NCBI GenBank assembly: GCA_001938485.1
Contig: MQRK01199284.1
Span: 1-52,125 of the forward strand
DNA: 52,125 nucleotides
Direction of reading: 5' to 3'
DNA from: Girardia tigrina
Lineage: Eukaryota
Shown: piece by piece, positions 49,069-52,125 of the stretch
Layout of the letters: each line of letters opens with the position of its first letter
Position numbering within the stretch: position 1 is the stretch's first letter
Translations under genes and position numbers: made by a program
Notes under the pieces: model-generated
Told to the model about the DNA's origin: nothing
Databases searched by the model: none
Seen by the model: only the letters and a program-made list of their open reading frames with translations

Positions 49069-50066
49069 ACTAAAATTTAAAAAATCAAAAAAATCAATAT
49101 AAATAACATTTAAATTTAAATATAGATTTTTTTTGTTTTAGTTATAGTAAAATTTGATTTTCTATATATTAATATAGTCATAAATTTATAATGGCGGTGA
49201 AGTTACTGCGCAGTTGGCAAATTGTGAAGAAAATAATAATTAGGTCATATAGATCTTTTTACAAAAATCTATTTTAATGACATTTAAATTTAATATTAAT
49301 TGATGTTTATAATTAATTTTTCATTTGATTAGTATTCGATGAAATTTAAATTTGAAAATTTTAATTTTCATTAAATGACTCATTCATGTTGACGTTTTTC
49401 TGGTATTAGAAAGCTGTAAATGTAAACTTTAATTTTTGAAATTATTAAGCTAAAATCTAAAACAGTCTTTTTGTTACTATTTTTAATATATTTTTTCTTT
49501 TTAAATTCTGTTTGTCAACTTATTTTAACGAAAATGTGTAATAAATTGAAGGAGAATGAAAATTAAATAAATAATGATTTAATTTTATATTTTCAGATTA
49601 TTGTTTTTTAGACAAAAATTTTGTTTATAAATTTTAAAAAAAATTTTTTTAAAGACGTTCAAAAAATTTTGAAAATTTTTTGTCATGTTTAGATGGATTA
49701 GAAAGTATTATTAATAAATAAAGTTATCAAAATGTACTTTAAATGTCTGTAAATTGTGAATTTTTATTATCAATTTTTGTGATGTACTGTGGTTATTTAT
49801 AGAGGATCATGTTATTTTAAAATGATCACGTTTTATTGTGATTACTTTTGGTTAATAATTCATGGAATTGTAGTTTATATTCTTAATGTTTATTGGATTT
49901 CGATTAGTTTTATTAAAAATTTTATTTGATGGAAGAATACTATCTTTAGTGGTTTTAAGTCAAAAAGTTGTTCAATTAACTGATTTTAAATTGGAATATA
50001 ATATCCTGATTAGAATTCAACAGTGGAAAAAATCGTAGTCTCATTAAGTGGAACATTATATAAATA

Positions 50067-50745
50067 CTAGAAAAATACCCGTCATATACAACAGGTGAGC
50101 TGAATTTTCGACTTTCAAAGTTTCTGTTTTAATTTTTAAATCGTAATTATTATACTTTATTATTATTTGTTTTGAATTCTGTATTAATTTAACAGTCGGT
50201 CAAATAAATCGACTCCCAGGGTCTCTCGGCAAAGACGCTGAACAGACAGAACCGTCTCGATGCGGACTATGCAGAACAATCGCAACTTTATGCGGATTCA
50301 CTCACTTCCTCGAATTTTCTCATTTTATCAGCATATTTACCGACAAACCGTGAATCAGTTGATAACGAAATTGTGCAAATTTAACCTAAATTTGTTTTTA
50401 GAAATATAATTAGTAAATAAGTGATAGAAATCGTCATTTATCAAATAAATTAGTATTTTATTGATATTTTCATAAAACTTTTTACGAAAATCCGTGTAGG
50501 AATCATCAATATTTGAAATTGGTGTTAATTTAACCATTTAACGACTTGTGTGGTTTTCAATTGATTTCATCGGCTTCCTGGCGTCTTTCGGCAAAGGCGC
50601 TACACCAAAAAATTGCATTGATACGGGCTATCCAGATTGACCACGATCTTAAATGGATTCACTCTGGTTCATCCGCAATTTCACATTGAAAAGCGTGATC
50701 GACAAACAAACCAACACACTTTTTAGACAAATATTATATATATAT
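50067..50745 (-). mobile_element. Non-autonomous Helitron upstream of ONECUT
   Basis: 3' end on minus: CCTGTTG-TATA-TGACGGG hairpin, then CTAG|T. The other end reads ACAAACAAACCAACACACTTT..ATATTATATA. An internal diverged repeat (50211 and 50571) contains the GCGTCTTT-CGGC-AAAGGCGC hairpin. Confidence 0.6.
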
Positions 50746-51597
50746 TTAAAAAATAAATTTCAATTCAGGTAGAATAAATATTTTTTTCATTGGGATGAGA
50801 ACGTTTGATTTCACTACACTATATCGCGATAAAAATTAAAATCAGTTAAGATTTAGTATTTGTATGTTTATTAGTTTTTTATGCAACAGTTGGATTGCAA
50901 CTACTTTTATCAATTGTTAAATCAAATTAAATTAAATCAAATTCTTTCCTATCTTTTTATTAAGCTTATTATGCTTAGTTTTTGTTAATTATGTTAATCG
51001 TCCATAGTTTTTTTTAGATAAATTAACAATTCAAACAAAATTTCTCTCATCTTCTTTTTGCGTATAGCCTAAATTTTCAAAATTGTAACCTTTGTAAATA
51101 CTAATTTTATTAGAAAAAACGTTTCAAATTATATTTCAAATTCCAGCAAACTTTTTATTTTTATTGACAGATTGAAGTACAATAGATAAGCAATAGTTCA
51201 AAAATTTAACAAGTTAAAAGAAAATGCACATTTATAATTTATTAACAGTTAAAATTATGTTATTATTTTTATAGACTGTGCACCTAAAAATTAATATATA
51301 AAATAAATTCAATTTGATCAAATTTTAATCAAACTGTCATTTTCTATTGAAAAATTAATTTAATCTAATTTCTTTATAATAAATTTAATATCTAATTTTT
51401 ATCATATAAATTTTTGAATTATTTAATTCTCAGCATATAAACGAAGTGAAATGTTGGATATTAGATATTTTGATTATTTCAAATATTTAATATATGCTTT
51501 TTTGATAAATATTTTGTTTGAATATTATCAATTAAACATTGTTTTTGAAAATAAACTTTTCGCGTGTTACAAGCTATCCGGGCATAATAAATGATAT

Positions 51598-52125
51598 GAA
51601 AATCATTTTGGAGTTTTTGGAAAAATTCGATGGAAGCATCAGCTTCGAGATTTGGCAGAAGAAATTTGAAATGGTCATGAAAATCCAGAAGAAAACTGAT
51701 CCAGCCCCGTATCTCCCCTTTTTACTATCGGGGGTTGCACTGAACATATTGTTGCGGTCGAAAAATAACATAATCATACATCACACATGCAATACAAAAA
51801 GGAAAAAGAAAATAGAGAATACTAATACATTTATTAAATCGAAAAATAAATCCACGGATCGCTTTGAGTTCATTGTGGCAAAGGGGGGCAGCATTGTGTC
51901 GTAGCTAAAAAACGATAAATGAAGAAAATTAAACAAGAAAATTGAGAGCTTACTCGATGAGAAGAACCCAGGTGGCATGGTAAGCCGTTGAGACCAAACT
52001 ATAGAACTCCGAAAGCCTTGAGAAGAAGTAGCCGCTCTAAAAGATAAAATAATTAATTAAAAAAGACCAAAACGAATTAAAGCACCTCATGGACGATCCG
52101 TTATTGGTTAGGGGTCATCCGACAC
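51598..52125 (+). mobile_element. LTR-retrotransposon gag N-terminal fragment
   Basis: LEKFDGSISFEIWQKKFEMV...YLPFLLSGVAL fits the gag 'F.G....W...FE...L...L.G.A' pattern. Preceded by AATAAA...GTTACA, a possible LTR end. Confidence 0.6.

Noticed and set aside
49081-49105. AAATCAATA ONECUT-like binding site near the start codon (autoregulation)
   Set aside because: The motif is expected often by chance in DNA this AT-rich.
1-52125. CRISPR arrays, prokaryotic operons, tRNA genes
   Set aside because: None seen; the sequence is eukaryotic with spliceosomal introns.

Overview
Very AT-rich eukaryotic genomic DNA, probably a triclad flatworm/planarian (inferred from the 18S fragment, base composition and TE spectrum; not proven). 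The window holds one intact host gene, a ONECUT/HNF6-class CUT-homeobox gene on the minus strand. I reconstruct it by hand as four phase-compatible coding exons: 49068-48171, 23130-23033 (missed by the ORF track), 7525-7306 and 4095-3143, about 722 aa. Its introns (about 25, 15.5 and 3.2 kb) are full of decayed mobile elements: mariner, Tc1, DD41D, IS630-like, pogo, hAT/hATm, Merlin, Helitron/HINE, Gypsy LTR and Penelope. The most unusual observations are: (i) a ~255-bp 18S rRNA piece inside a mariner transposase; (ii) three minimal hammerhead-ribozyme motifs, all in the sense orientation of the ONECUT pre-mRNA; (iii) an intronless BET-type bromodomain copy between two inverted DINE-1/HINE-like elements; (iv) a DD41D transposon whose long inverted repeat includes the 3' end of its own transposase ORF; (v) an LTR element carrying C2H2-like zinc fingers; (vi) a dense antisense cluster of micro-exon-like segments. 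All calls come from reading the sequence and recalled family motifs; no searches were run.
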